This document shows, one piece after another, positions 21,014 to 31,035 of a stretch of 64,000 nt of DNA. A program made the translations under genes and the position numbers. The stretch comes from a virus (Duplodnaviria > Caudoviricetes). The stretch is taken from the IMG/VR virus record IMGVR_UViG_3300006467_000454, positions 32,001-96,000 of that record. The stretch is one strand, 5' to 3'. Below the pieces are notes generated by a model. The model made no database searches and was not told the origin of the DNA. It was given only the letters and a program-made list of their open reading frames with translations. The stretch's first letter is position 1. Each line of letters opens with the position of its first letter.

Positions 21014-21568
21014 ATGAGATTATTCTATACAATAACAAGTGGGGTTGATCAAATTCAACCAAAGCCGAGTAATTCACTGGGGGGGTTCAGGTCTTCTTCA
21101 CCTGTCCCAAATGGCACATTTAGTAATCTATTTGGGGAAATCAGTAAGTTAACTGTACAGCGTGGGGATAGACCTCAGTACATTGGGTTGATTTTAAGGA
21201 ATGAAACAGGGGCAGCCGTAACAAATGTTGAGATTTGGTTTGATTATCCTGAGGGGGCTTATTCTACATTTAGAATCGCTGCTGTTGCTTTGACAGCAAA
21301 TGGGCAAATGGAAGATGTTCCGAATTCATATTCTAAACCCCTTAACGCAACATTCTTTGAAGCTAACGGATCAGCTAATCTAGTTGGGGTTGGTGATATT
21401 GCACAAGATGGGCAATTGGGGATATGGATTGAACGTACTTTGGACATTGATTTAATCAGGCAAACTCAAGCTAATATTTATGAGCCAACCGCCGAAGACC
21501 CTAGGAGATTCCAACCTATTGAATTAGATAAAGTGGAAGATATAAAAATTAATATTAAATGGGATTAA
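21014..21568 (+). CDS. Putative virion structural protein
   Basis: 184 aa ending the tail block; SLGGFRSS...NLFGEIS...GIWIER. Confidence 0.5.
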   Translation: MRLFYTITSGVDQIQPKPSNSLGGFRSSSPVPNGTFSNLFGEISKLTVQRGDRPQYIGLILRNETGAAVTNVEIWFDYPEGAYSTFRIAAVALTANGQMEDVPNSYSKPLNATFFEANGSANLVGVGDIAQDGQLGIWIERTLDIDLIRQTQANIYEPTAEDPRRFQPIELDKVEDIKINIKWD

Positions 21569-21601
21569 TTCCCGTTTAATATTTTTATTAACTTTACTTT
21601 T

Positions 21602-22123
21602 ATGAAGCAAAAAATCGTAACATTGTACCAGATATTTGTTCGGTACACATCCGGAAACTTTCTCTATTATTTCTCCCCATCCAAAAGGGAAGAAACGATG
21701 ATATTGAATTTCGTCACAACCTTTGCAAAGGATTATGACGATGATTCATTATTTGATTATTTCACATTCCAATTTTTTAGGTATAATGATATTGAAACTA
21801 AGTTCGACAGGGTAATGTTGAATTGGGTTATTGGGAAGGCAGCAATTGAAAAATGGAATAAGAAAAGTGATAGCCATTTATTTAAGGCGAAAGAATTTGC
21901 TTATAAAAATGGGATTCAAAACCCATTTAGGGATACTAAGATAAAAAAGAGTAAATCTGAGGGATTTACCTTAGGAGATACCCCCTTTTATAATCGTGAA
22001 CGGAAAAGGTTCTACGGGAAGAAAAGGGGTTTGATACATTGTATAGAAATGGGGCTTTTTAATTCAGAATTGGATATTTGTAAAAAGTGCCCTAATTTTA
22101 AAGTTTGCGATGGTCAAGTATGA
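21602..22123 (+). CDS. Hypothetical protein with C-terminal Cys cluster
   Basis: 173 aa; C...CxxC...C at C-terminus. Confidence 0.5.
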   Translation: MKQKIVTLYQIFVRYTSGNFLYYFSPSKREETMILNFVTTFAKDYDDDSLFDYFTFQFFRYNDIETKFDRVMLNWVIGKAAIEKWNKKSDSHLFKAKEFAYKNGIQNPFRDTKIKKSKSEGFTLGDTPFYNRERKRFYGKKRGLIHCIEMGLFNSELDICKKCPNFKVCDGQV

Positions 22124-22604
22124 AGAAGAACCGTGTGCCTGTGGAAACCATTATATCCAAAACAGGACAAAGTGGCTTTGCTCAGATTGTGTTTATAAAA
22201 GGAACCATGGGGGGAAGGCCAGAAGAGAGGTAGCTCTAGAAAAGGAAAAAGAAAAACAGATTAATTTTAAAAATAAAAAGCGAAAGAAAAATAAGAAGAA
22301 ATCATCAAAGAAAAAGAAGGAGCCTACGGGGGAATATGATTTGTTTTTGGTGATTTGGGGAGAGCGAGAGCATATTTGCCATAATTGTAAGATGAACCTA
22401 GATAGGTTTGTTGATACGGAGACTGGTAATCCCTCTGCTATGTTATTCATGCATATGGTTAGTAAAGGGGCAAATGGGAGATTGAGGTTGAAAAAGAAAA
22501 ATATAAAATTGGGTTGCCCAGAATGCCATTATGCTCATGATCACCAAGGGAAGAAGGCATTTAAGAAACGCAAAAATCTGTATAAAAATGAACAAATATT
22601 TTAG
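22110..22604 (+). CDS. Zn-binding HNH-like endonuclease
   Basis: CHNC...FMH..SKG....LRL...NI.L.CPECH..HD; Lys-rich insert. Confidence 0.65.
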   Translation: MVKYEEEPCACGNHYIQNRTKWLCSDCVYKRNHGGKARREVALEKEKEKQINFKNKKRKKNKKKSSKKKKEPTGEYDLFLVIWGEREHICHNCKMNLDRFVDTETGNPSAMLFMHMVSKGANGRLRLKKKNIKLGCPECHYAHDHQGKKAFKKRKNLYKNEQIF

Positions 22605-23133
22605 GAGCGCAGTAGATAGGTTTAATAAAAAGTTTAAGAAAGAATCTTTCATTAGCCCTATTTCTGAGAAGGATGTCAAAATTATTGAGTATATTAAAGT
22701 TGCATTGGAAGAATCTCCTGCATACGGGGGGTTGATTGCCATTTTAGATGAATGGAAAGGGATTGCAGATGAAGAAATACTTGGGAATGTTGAGAATTGG
22801 CTTGTAGAAACTTCTGGGGATGATGAAGAAGAGGGAGAGGAAAAGGAAGAAAGTAAACTTGAAAAGATGCTCAAACGACCCCCAATTGTTGTTTTAAATG
22901 GGGAGCGTATCCAACTACAACTTATCTACAGTTATGCTAAGTATGAACTTTATGATGATAATGGGGATTTTGATAGCTATTGTATAAAGCTAAATGAAAC
23001 CCCAGAGGAAGTGAAAAGAATTCCTCTCTTTGCCAACTATCTAGTTAAATTCTACGATGAAGATTTAAGGGATGAAACAATTGAAAAATTAGATAAATGG
23101 TTCAAAGAGTTTAATACTAATATTTTAAAATAA
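22588..23133 (+). CDS. Hypothetical acidic protein
   Basis: ATG at 22588; 181 aa; acidic linker DDEEEGEEKEE. Confidence 0.5.
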   Translation: MNKYFRSAVDRFNKKFKKESFISPISEKDVKIIEYIKVALEESPAYGGLIAILDEWKGIADEEILGNVENWLVETSGDDEEEGEEKEESKLEKMLKRPPIVVLNGERIQLQLIYSYAKYELYDDNGDFDSYCIKLNETPEEVKRIPLFANYLVKFYDEDLRDETIEKLDKWFKEFNTNILK

Positions 23134-23137
23134 TTTT

Positions 23138-23797
23138 ATGTATTCACCGTATCAAAATTTTGCTGTGGTCGATGTCGAAACGGGAGGGCTCCTGACTAAG
23201 GAGAAGAAAGCCGTGTATGATATCGCTCTCACAGAGATCGCAATAGTTATTGTTGATAGCAATTTGGAAATAGTCCATAAGGATAGTTGGTTGATAAAGC
23301 CTTATAATGATGCTGAGTATCAGCCAGGAGCGGAAAAGGTGTCCGGAATATCTAAAAAGATGTGTGAGGAAGATGGTGTCGATATTGAATTTGCTTGTAA
23401 AGAATTCATAAAGGTAGCCAAGAAATATAAGGTTCATTCCAAGCCACCTACTTTAGTTGGGCATAATTATATCAAGTTTGATAAGTTTTTTGTTGAGAAT
23501 TTCTTAGCTTATTGTGGGGAAGATATCAACAAGTATTTCAATAAAGAACCTGAGGATACCATTAAATTTGCTAGGATGAAAAAGCCTGAGGCAAGTGGGT
23601 ATAGCTTAGGGGAAAGTTGTGTTGGTGCAGAAATTAATTTGGTACAAGCCCACAGGGCATTGCCAGATACGATAGCAACAGCAGAGCTTTGGATTTCCTA
23701 CCTAAAGGGATTAAGGGGGCTGAATTCTCCTAAAAAGTCCAAAAAAGGTAAAAAGGAAAAACCAGAAAAACGGTTTAGACAAAAATTTGAAATTTAA
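23138..23797 (+). CDS. DEDDh 3'-5' exonuclease (DnaQ/epsilon-like)
   Basis: VVDVETGG (ExoI), VGHN..KFD (ExoII), AHRALPD (ExoIII). Confidence 0.9.
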   Translation: MYSPYQNFAVVDVETGGLLTKEKKAVYDIALTEIAIVIVDSNLEIVHKDSWLIKPYNDAEYQPGAEKVSGISKKMCEEDGVDIEFACKEFIKVAKKYKVHSKPPTLVGHNYIKFDKFFVENFLAYCGEDINKYFNKEPEDTIKFARMKKPEASGYSLGESCVGAEINLVQAHRALPDTIATAELWISYLKGLRGLNSPKKSKKGKKEKPEKRFRQKFEI

Positions 23798-25464
23798 TGC
23801 TAATTCCCCCAACACTGTCTACAGTTCAGTTACATAATTCTTTCAATTATGCGGAAGATATTGTAAAGAATTTGTCCGACAAAGCAATTACAGAATTGCT
23901 AGAGGGGTACGGCAATGACATAGATAAACTATTAGATTCTATATTGGTTGAAACAAATAATATTATTAATTTTAACCACGAAAAAATAGAATCAAGCAAT
24001 CTTCACTACCTATCACATTTAGAGCAATCTATGCATAGTGAGTTGAAGAGGGTTTGCTACAATTATTTTAAAACAACTTGCCTCCCAGAATTTGATCAAA
24101 ACTGGAGAAATTTAGAATGGGGGAATATGGCTCAGCTTTATTCCCATTTAGGTTTATTGGCAAGCCGTTCTTCCGGAAAAAGTTATGAATTTAGTTTAGC
24201 TTATCCGATATGGAAAATGTATAGGTATCGTCGCCCAAATATGGGTCGTGATACTTATGACAATAAAATGTCAAAGGAAGGGGTAATTGTAACAAATGCT
24301 TTGAATTTAGGTAGAAAGCTCTTATCTAAGATTAATGAGGAAATCATGGTAAATGATATTCTTCGTGAAGAATTAGTTGGGGTAAAAAGGTCAGAATCAC
24401 AATTAGGTGCTGATAAAATTATCACAAAGAAAGGCTCAATGGTTGAACTTAGGTCTTTCGGGAACTCTATTCGTGGTTTGCACCCAGGATGGATAGTCGT
24501 AGATGATTTCCTTGATAAATCAGCTATCTATTCCCAGGAGCAAAGGGAAAAATTTAAAGAGGTTTTCACAGCGGAAATTATGCCCGCATTGGAACCTAAA
24601 GGGAATATAATCGTAGTAGGTACACCATTTCACCCAGAGGACTTGTATGGTCTTGTATTAAGGAAAGATGGTCGCTTCATGCTGTTTGAATATCCTTCAA
24701 TTTTCCCTGATGGAAGATTATTAGCACCTGACCGTTATGACTACGATAAGTTGATGCAAGAAAAGAATACTCTTGGGTCAATGGTTTTTGCTCGTGAGTA
24801 TTTGATTACACCGATTTCAGATACTTCTTCTATTTTCCCTTGGGAATTTCTTAAGAAGTCATTTATCGGGATGGAGAATATCAACTTTGCTGATAATATT
24901 TCATCATATCCAATAAAGCTGAAACGTGTTATCACGGCGTGTGACCTTGCAATTACTGGTAATGTAGGTGGTGACTATTGTGCTTTTATTACTTTAGGGG
25001 TTGATAATGATAATAATATCTATATCATTAACGTTTGGCATAAACACGGTGCTTCTTACGATGAGCAAATTAATCAAATTGCAAGCATCAATCAAAGGTT
25101 TAAGCCTAATAAAATTGTAATAGAAAATAATGGCTTCCAAAGAGTAATCGCTGATTTAGCAAGGAATATGGGGTTAAAGAATATCTCAGAATTCCATCAA
25201 GGTACTTTGAAGAAAGATTTAAGAGAAGGATTTCCAGCATTGAGTGCAACGTTTGAGAGGGGTGCTATAAAAATCCCATATAAGGATGGGGCAACTCGCA
25301 ACATGGCAAGTGTACTATGTAGGGAATTAAATTCGATAACTTTCCATGAGGATAGTGGTAAGCTAGAAGCAGCGTCAGGGCATGATGATTTAGCCCATGC
25401 ACTTTATATTGGATTCCATGAATTAATTTTCAATAAACGGAATATTAATTTCCATTTAATTTAA
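23797..25464 (+). CDS. terL: Terminase large subunit
   Basis: Walker A ASRSSGKS, IRGLHPGWIVVDD Walker B, VGTP coupling motif, nuclease ACDLA...GGDY...HDDLAHA. Confidence 0.9.
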   Translation: MLIPPTLSTVQLHNSFNYAEDIVKNLSDKAITELLEGYGNDIDKLLDSILVETNNIINFNHEKIESSNLHYLSHLEQSMHSELKRVCYNYFKTTCLPEFDQNWRNLEWGNMAQLYSHLGLLASRSSGKSYEFSLAYPIWKMYRYRRPNMGRDTYDNKMSKEGVIVTNALNLGRKLLSKINEEIMVNDILREELVGVKRSESQLGADKIITKKGSMVELRSFGNSIRGLHPGWIVVDDFLDKSAIYSQEQREKFKEVFTAEIMPALEPKGNIIVVGTPFHPEDLYGLVLRKDGRFMLFEYPSIFPDGRLLAPDRYDYDKLMQEKNTLGSMVFAREYLITPISDTSSIFPWEFLKKSFIGMENINFADNISSYPIKLKRVITACDLAITGNVGGDYCAFITLGVDNDNNIYIINVWHKHGASYDEQINQIASINQRFKPNKIVIENNGFQRVIADLARNMGLKNISEFHQGTLKKDLREGFPALSATFERGAIKIPYKDGATRNMASVLCRELNSITFHEDSGKLEAASGHDDLAHALYIGFHELIFNKRNINFHLI

Positions 25465-25473
25465 AATCGTAAT

Positions 25474-26853
25474 ATGAATTTAACGGATTCGTTTTTGGAT
25501 GAGATTTTCAAATTGTGCTTTATAAAGAAGCCTATTATGGAAATTGTAAATTCTCAACTAGAATATGAGTACATCCCAGTAGAGCTAAAGGAATATAAAT
25601 TCATTCTTAAATCCATTAAGAATTTTTATAGCCTGAATAATGCCCTACCTTCAATTGGGGTGGTTAGCCAACAATTCAGCACTAAGCCTGAAATCCAGAA
25701 TGCCTTGAAAAAGATTCAAGATGCCAAGGTTGCTGATGATTTTGCAATCCTTACACAATTGCAAAAATTTATCCAAGATAGCAAATTACAGTTATTGATA
25801 GAAGATGTTGTTGAAACATATAATAATGATCAAACAGATTTAGCTTTTAGGAAATTATCGGATGGTGTTGAAAGTGTAAACAAAGTTGCAATAGGTGTCA
25901 TGAAAGATCAGTTCATGAAAGTGTTTGCTGATTTTGACCATGATATGAAAGAAAATAGGGAGGAATCCGAAGAAGGTAATTATTATGAAGATAAAGTGCC
26001 TTTTGGGATTACTCCCTTAGATATGCTTACAGATGGAGGGTTAGATAAAGAAGATATCGCCCTTTGGATTATGCGTTCTGGGGTTGGTAAATCAACGGCT
26101 TTAAAACATTCTGGAATGTACGCTTGTAGATTAGGATATAATGTTTTACATATACAAGCAGAGGGCACTAAAAAAGAATGCAAAGTGAAATATAACCAAG
26201 TATGGTCTGGGCTTACATTTAGGCAAATTCAAACTGGTGATATTCCTGTTAAAAAATATAAGAAAATTCAGAAGGCTCTACAAAAATTAAAGGCTAAGAA
26301 AAGGGAATTATCCGTTTATGCCTTTGAGCAATTTGGGGAGCCGTCAATGCTTGATATCCGAGAAATTGTGTTTGATTATTTTAAGGTGAACGGCTTCTTT
26401 CCGGATTTATTAATTATCGATTCCCTTGACCTTATCCATCCTGGAGATGGGTTGAAGTATGGTGTAGATACTCAGTCAATAAAAATGAAGCTTCAAAATA
26501 CGGCTAAGAAAATGAAGAACTTGGCTGTTGAGGTTGGGACTAGGGTGTTAACAGCCACACAAACAAGTGATATCGCTGAGCAAGTATGGAATGATAAGAA
26601 TAAAGTGATTACCCGTTCAAATACAATGGGGGACCGAAATCTTGTAAATCCATTTAGTTATGTATTCACAGGCAATCAGACTAGGGAAGAGAGGAAGAAG
26701 AAACAGATGAGGATCTACGTTGATAAGTTAAGGAATTATGATACTAAAGGTGCTATCTATCCTATTGTGACTAATTATGGCCAAGGTAGGTTCTTTAACG
26801 TCAAGAAATCTTTTGAATTATTCCAAGAAGAGTATGAAGAAATTGCGGCTTGA
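25474..26853 (+). CDS. Replicative DnaB-like (SF4) helicase
   Basis: Walker A RSGVGKS, LHIQAEG, LIIDSLD Walker B, TATQ, KLRN. Confidence 0.85.
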   Translation: MNLTDSFLDEIFKLCFIKKPIMEIVNSQLEYEYIPVELKEYKFILKSIKNFYSLNNALPSIGVVSQQFSTKPEIQNALKKIQDAKVADDFAILTQLQKFIQDSKLQLLIEDVVETYNNDQTDLAFRKLSDGVESVNKVAIGVMKDQFMKVFADFDHDMKENREESEEGNYYEDKVPFGITPLDMLTDGGLDKEDIALWIMRSGVGKSTALKHSGMYACRLGYNVLHIQAEGTKKECKVKYNQVWSGLTFRQIQTGDIPVKKYKKIQKALQKLKAKKRELSVYAFEQFGEPSMLDIREIVFDYFKVNGFFPDLLIIDSLDLIHPGDGLKYGVDTQSIKMKLQNTAKKMKNLAVEVGTRVLTATQTSDIAEQVWNDKNKVITRSNTMGDRNLVNPFSYVFTGNQTREERKKKQMRIYVDKLRNYDTKGAIYPIVTNYGQGRFFNVKKSFELFQEEYEEIAA

Positions 26854-27838
26854 GAAAATTAGGGAATTTTATGGCTTGAGGCTATTCGGCCAGAAGGGGT
26901 GGTTATATAATCCACACTTCAATTGTGTTAGCTGCGGTAAGCATGGTAAATTTGGATTCAAGATCAGTAAAAAGGGCGGTGTTGTGCATTGCTTTAAATG
27001 TGAATTCAAAACTTCTATATTCAAGTTCTTAAAAGAACAGGGGAAAGAAGATTTTATCATTTATGATAGGGAAAGGTCATTAAAAGAAAAGCTACCTAAC
27101 ATAAATACGGAAACTCAGGTTGAAAGAAAAGAATTAAAAGAGGTTGATTTACCATTAGGGTTTAAACGGTTGAAACAAGATGATTACCTTGATAGTCGTG
27201 GATTTCAACCTTGGCAATATAAGCAATTCAAAGTTGGGGAAACAGACTCTATTCTAGAAGAAAAATTGAATGATGGGTTGATATTCCAAATATTTCAAAA
27301 GGGGAAAAGGGTTGCTTGGCTATTCCGGAGTAGGAAAGATAAAGATTGGCATGAAGAAAATATTCAACGGGCTAAACTCGGGAATGAAAAATTGGTCCTA
27401 AGATATCGGAATAGTGATGATACTGATTTTGATGGTATTTTAGGTGGTGTGGATGAAATCAAAAAGAAAACAAAAAGATTAATATTAGTTGAAGGGCTAT
27501 TTGATAAAGCAAATGTGGATAAACTCTTGAAGTTGAATGAGCGGAAAGATATGAAATGTTGTTTTACATTTGGGAACAAAGTATCAGATGAACAGATAAG
27601 ATTAATAGAAGAAACCAACGTTGAGGAGATAATTTTGATGTATGATCCTGGGACAATAAAACAGATTAAAACTTATTCCTCAAGGCTTTCAAAAAAATTT
27701 AAGGTGTGGGTGGCTGAGATTAAGGGAGATGACATAGATCCTGGAAATATTAGTTTAAAATACTTAGAAGAAATTATGAACAATCTAGTTGATTTTTTAT
27801 ATTTTTATAAAAATCGGATAGACTTAAAATTTAAGTGA
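26834..27838 (+). CDS. DNA primase (Zn finger + TOPRIM)
   Basis: CVSC...HCFKC, LVEGLFD, MYDPG, DIDPG; start at ATG 26834 preferred. Confidence 0.85.
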   Translation: MKKLRLEKIREFYGLRLFGQKGWLYNPHFNCVSCGKHGKFGFKISKKGGVVHCFKCEFKTSIFKFLKEQGKEDFIIYDRERSLKEKLPNINTETQVERKELKEVDLPLGFKRLKQDDYLDSRGFQPWQYKQFKVGETDSILEEKLNDGLIFQIFQKGKRVAWLFRSRKDKDWHEENIQRAKLGNEKLVLRYRNSDDTDFDGILGGVDEIKKKTKRLILVEGLFDKANVDKLLKLNERKDMKCCFTFGNKVSDEQIRLIEETNVEEIILMYDPGTIKQIKTYSSRLSKKFKVWVAEIKGDDIDPGNISLKYLEEIMNNLVDFLYFYKNRIDLKFK

Positions 27839-27840
27839 AT

Positions 27841-28335
27841 ATGGCAAACAAAAGTAGGCACATTCCTATTTCGGAATATTATTCTATTTTGCAATTAGAA
27901 TATATATCGTTTAGGCTTCGTGAAGCTATTTATCAAAAGAAGTACTCAGAGAAGTACAAACCTTATTGTGAAGGTAAAAAAGAAAAGATTGAAAGTATTG
28001 CATTGCAAAATTGTTTACCTTCAATTTTTAATTCGGAAACCTCAAGAGAAAAATATTTGGGGAAGTTTTTCAATGAATTTGGATTGCCCAATTTTACCTA
28101 TAAGAATGAAGATTCTAAGGAGAAAATGGGTAAGTGGGATAAGTATTATTATTTTTCTCCTGGGACTTCCGTTAAATTTAAGGTAGAAGATAGCAAGGAT
28201 ATCCAAATCGGGACTATCGTTTCTAATTTGATTGAGGAAGAATCAGTTGTTGTAAAAACAATTGAAAAAGAAGAATTCACGTTGGCATATAGCAAAGTTG
28301 CCCGTATGCTCGTGGAAAGTTTGTTTAATTTTTAA
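27841..28335 (+). CDS. Hypothetical protein (SH3-like C-terminus)
   Basis: 164 aa between primase and dUTPase. Confidence 0.5.
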   Translation: MANKSRHIPISEYYSILQLEYISFRLREAIYQKKYSEKYKPYCEGKKEKIESIALQNCLPSIFNSETSREKYLGKFFNEFGLPNFTYKNEDSKEKMGKWDKYYYFSPGTSVKFKVEDSKDIQIGTIVSNLIEEESVVVKTIEKEEFTLAYSKVARMLVESLFNF

Positions 28336-28345
28336 TTTTTGGAAA

Positions 28346-28861
28346 ATGTTAAATGTAAAAATCAAGCCTGAAAGAATCAATTTTCAGAAACCAGTAAAAG
28401 GAAGTAAAGATGCAGCGTGTTGGGATGTTTATGCTTCCAAAATTGAAGAAAAGCCAGATGGGTTGGTGATTGTTTATTTAGGGTTCAGTACTGAAATCCC
28501 TGTTGGCTATAAGGGTGTTATCGTAGCCCGTTCCAATATCACTAAATATGGCTGGTGTATTCCTAATGCTCCTGGACAAATTGATCCAGATTTCCGCAAT
28601 GAGTGGCAAGTTAGATTCCGCAGATTGCCTATGTTCCGTGAAAAAGAATTAGTGGGGAATCCACGTTGTAAAAACGGGGAAGGGGAATTGTATTCCAAAA
28701 CTCAAGATTTCTTAGAGATGCATTCGTTCCCTTATAAGCAAGGTGAAAGGGTTGCCCAAATCTACTTTGAAAAAGAAGAAGAAGTTGTTTGGCAAGAAGT
28801 TAAAGAAACCAATGATACCGAGCGTGGCTTGGGTGGCTTTGAAAGCACTGGGAGATCATAA
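28346..28861 (+). CDS. dut: Trimeric dUTPase with internal insertion
   Basis: Motifs AACWDV, ARSN, GQIDPDFRNE, ERVAQ, RGLGGFESTG. Confidence 0.9.
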   Translation: MLNVKIKPERINFQKPVKGSKDAACWDVYASKIEEKPDGLVIVYLGFSTEIPVGYKGVIVARSNITKYGWCIPNAPGQIDPDFRNEWQVRFRRLPMFREKELVGNPRCKNGEGELYSKTQDFLEMHSFPYKQGERVAQIYFEKEEEVVWQEVKETNDTERGLGGFESTGRS

Positions 28862-28863
28862 TC

Positions 28864-28886
28864 TTATTTAAATTCATTATAAATAG
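28864..28886. promoter_or_regulatory. Palindromic operator, Fur-box-like (copy 1)
   Basis: TT-ATTTAAATTCATTATAAAT-AG; same motif recurs at 40134, 47977, 51526. Confidence 0.6.
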
Positions 28887-28895
28887 GTGTTCTAG

Positions 28896-28920
28896 AGGGG
28901 GAAATCTCCCCTTTTATTTT
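28896..28920 (+). terminator. Rho-independent terminator after dut
   Basis: AGGGGG-AAATC-TCCCCT stem followed by a T-rich tract. Confidence 0.75.
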
Positions 28921-28948
28921 GTAGATAAAAATCTAAAGATTAATTTTG
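28918..28948 (+). promoter_or_regulatory. Bacteroidota housekeeping-sigma promoter (-33/-7)
   Basis: TTTG (28918-21) + 19 nt + TAATTTTG (28941-48). Confidence 0.8.
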
Positions 28949-28989
28949 AATCATCAAGAAGTCAAATTTTAATCTAAAAAATAGAAAAA

Positions 28990-29964
28990 ATGGGCGTAAG
29001 CGTAAAAGATGTATTGAAAAGAAAATACAAGAAACTGAAAGATGATGAGATCATCGATATGTTATCAACTGAGTTGAAAGAAGAAGAACGTGAAGTTCTT
29101 TTGGAACTTGCTAAGAAAAGGAAAATCATTAATGATATTCCGGAATCTACTGAGGAAGTTGAAGAAATTCCTTATGAAAAACCTGACGCTAAATTGGTGA
29201 AAAAGGCTGTGAAAATTTTTGATGATTTTGCCGAAAATCAGGAAACTGATCTTTACGGTAAGGCAGCGGAGATCATTAAAGATCGTGAAATTTCTGAACT
29301 TTCTAAGCATGAAGTTGAAGCGATTATTGCTTTGAAACCTGCTACAAAACGTAAAAAGGCTCCAGCAAAGGCAAAAACTGAAAAACCTGAAAAAGCGGAG
29401 AAAAGTGAAAAGGCTGCTAAATCCGGAAAGGGAAAAGGCAAGGAGAAAGAAAAGGTTGAAGAGCCTAAAGCTGAAGAAAAAGTAGAAAAGCCTGAAAAAA
29501 CGGAAAAGAAAGAAAAAGCTGTTTCGTTTAAAGCCTTTAAGGATCTTGCCATGAAAGCGGAAAACGTGAACGATTTTTATGAAGCCGTTAAGGAAATGAA
29601 AGATGTTCCTAAGAAAACTGTCGATAAGTTTTATAAGAAGTACGGTCAGGATGGTAAATTGGCGGAGTTTGAAGCCCTTAAAGTTTTCTATGATGAAACT
29701 ATGGAAAAGAAAGAAAAGGCTAAAACAAGCAGCAAGCGTAAGCCATTTGTGGAGCTTGATGAATCTGCTGAGGTTAAAGGTTTGAAACTTGGTTCAAAAG
29801 TTTCTTTCAAAGCTCACCACCTTTCTAAAAAAGCAGGTGAACAAATTAAGGGTAAAGTTACCCGTATCATCATTGCTAATCGTGATAGCAAGGAGTACAT
29901 CAAAATTGAAACCAAAAATGATGGTGAATTCCACAAGAGAGCGAATTCTGTAGAAATATTATAA
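28990..29964 (+). CDS. Lys/Glu-rich protein, possible nucleoid/DNA-binding protein
   Basis: 324 aa, histone-H1-like KPATKRKKAPAKAKTEKPEKAEK linker, SH3/KOW-like C-terminus, own promoter. Confidence 0.55.
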   Translation: MGVSVKDVLKRKYKKLKDDEIIDMLSTELKEEEREVLLELAKKRKIINDIPESTEEVEEIPYEKPDAKLVKKAVKIFDDFAENQETDLYGKAAEIIKDREISELSKHEVEAIIALKPATKRKKAPAKAKTEKPEKAEKSEKAAKSGKGKGKEKEKVEEPKAEEKVEKPEKTEKKEKAVSFKAFKDLAMKAENVNDFYEAVKEMKDVPKKTVDKFYKKYGQDGKLAEFEALKVFYDETMEKKEKAKTSSKRKPFVELDESAEVKGLKLGSKVSFKAHHLSKKAGEQIKGKVTRIIIANRDSKEYIKIETKNDGEFHKRANSVEIL

Positions 29965-29973
29965 AAAGTTTCT

Positions 29974-31035
29974 ATGTATAATAATCGTATTGTCATTGAT
30001 TTAGATGACACAATATCCGTTACATTTGATAGGGACTGGGAAAATTCAACCCCAGTCCTTCCTGTCATTGGAAAAATTAATCAACTGTATGATTTAGGTT
30101 GGGAGATTTGCATTGTTACTGCAAGGGGTCAATTAAGTTGTAAAGGAGATTCAAAAAAAGCCGATGATAAATACCGTACTCAAATTGAAACTTGGCTCAA
30201 GAAACACGGAGTCAAATACACTTCTTTATCATTTGAGAAAGTATTAGCCACATATTATGTTGATGATAAATCATTGTCACCTGAGGATTTCACAAAATTG
30301 AATGTTGTGGGATTACAGGGGGGATTGTCTGGCGCCAAAATTGAAAAGGTGGGGGATAAGGTTTACAAGACACATAAAAACTCTCTTCAGGCTGTTAAAT
30401 GGTATTCCATAATTGAAAACTATGATATTCGTATTCCTAAAATACATAGTATTATTGGGGATACTATTTGCATGGAATATATAGAGGATTGCCCAATAAA
30501 GCAACCCCATTTCCCTAGCCTTACAAAAGCCATTGATATTTTTTCTGGGATTAAGGTGAAAGGGGTTCCGTTTGATAATTATATTGAGCGTATCCATAAG
30601 CATGCGGAATATCATGGTGAGTTTTCTGAGATAGTTGACGAATTGGTTTTACATTCAAAATTTTATGAGGAGTTTTCTTCATTTTGTCATGGGGATTTTT
30701 CTATTGATAACATTTTAATCGATAGGAAAGGTTCCCATTATTTGATTGACCCAATTTATGAAGAAGATTCATGGAGTTCATGGCTTTTGGATGTTTCTAA
30801 ATTGGCTCATTCTTATAGAAGGTATGATAAAGTTGATACCCTTTGGAATATTTATGAGCATTATAGGCATAAGGTAGACTGGAATCATCTTAAACTATTA
30901 GAAATAACTCAATGGATCAGGGTGCTAAAATACCTTAAAGACCAGAGGGAGATAAACAGATTTAGAAACACAATAGACGTTATGATGTATGAATATTTTG
31001 GTAGAAATAGAAAACCTAAAACTAAATGGTTCTAA
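29974..31035 (+). CDS. HAD phosphatase (EcbF/BcbF-like) fused to APH/choline-kinase-like phosphotransferase
   Basis: IVIDLDDTI, VTARG, YYVDDK (HAD); GGLSGA, MEYIE, HGDFSIDNIL, LIDP (kinase). Confidence 0.85.
   Translation: MYNNRIVIDLDDTISVTFDRDWENSTPVLPVIGKINQLYDLGWEICIVTARGQLSCKGDSKKADDKYRTQIETWLKKHGVKYTSLSFEKVLATYYVDDKSLSPEDFTKLNVVGLQGGLSGAKIEKVGDKVYKTHKNSLQAVKWYSIIENYDIRIPKIHSIIGDTICMEYIEDCPIKQPHFPSLTKAIDIFSGIKVKGVPFDNYIERIHKHAEYHGEFSEIVDELVLHSKFYEEFSSFCHGDFSIDNILIDRKGSHYLIDPIYEEDSWSSWLLDVSKLAHSYRRYDKVDTLWNIYEHYRHKVDWNHLKLLEITQWIRVLKYLKDQREINRFRNTIDVMMYEYFGRNRKPKTKWF

Noticed and set aside
898-21568. Tailocin / eCIS / T6SS interpretation of the contractile module
   Set aside because: Contiguous with terminase and a full phage replication module
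28864-28886. dif/Xer recombination site reading of the AT-rich palindrome
   Set aside because: Lacks the 11-6-11 layout and XerD arm, and recurs four times next to promoters, which fits an operator better
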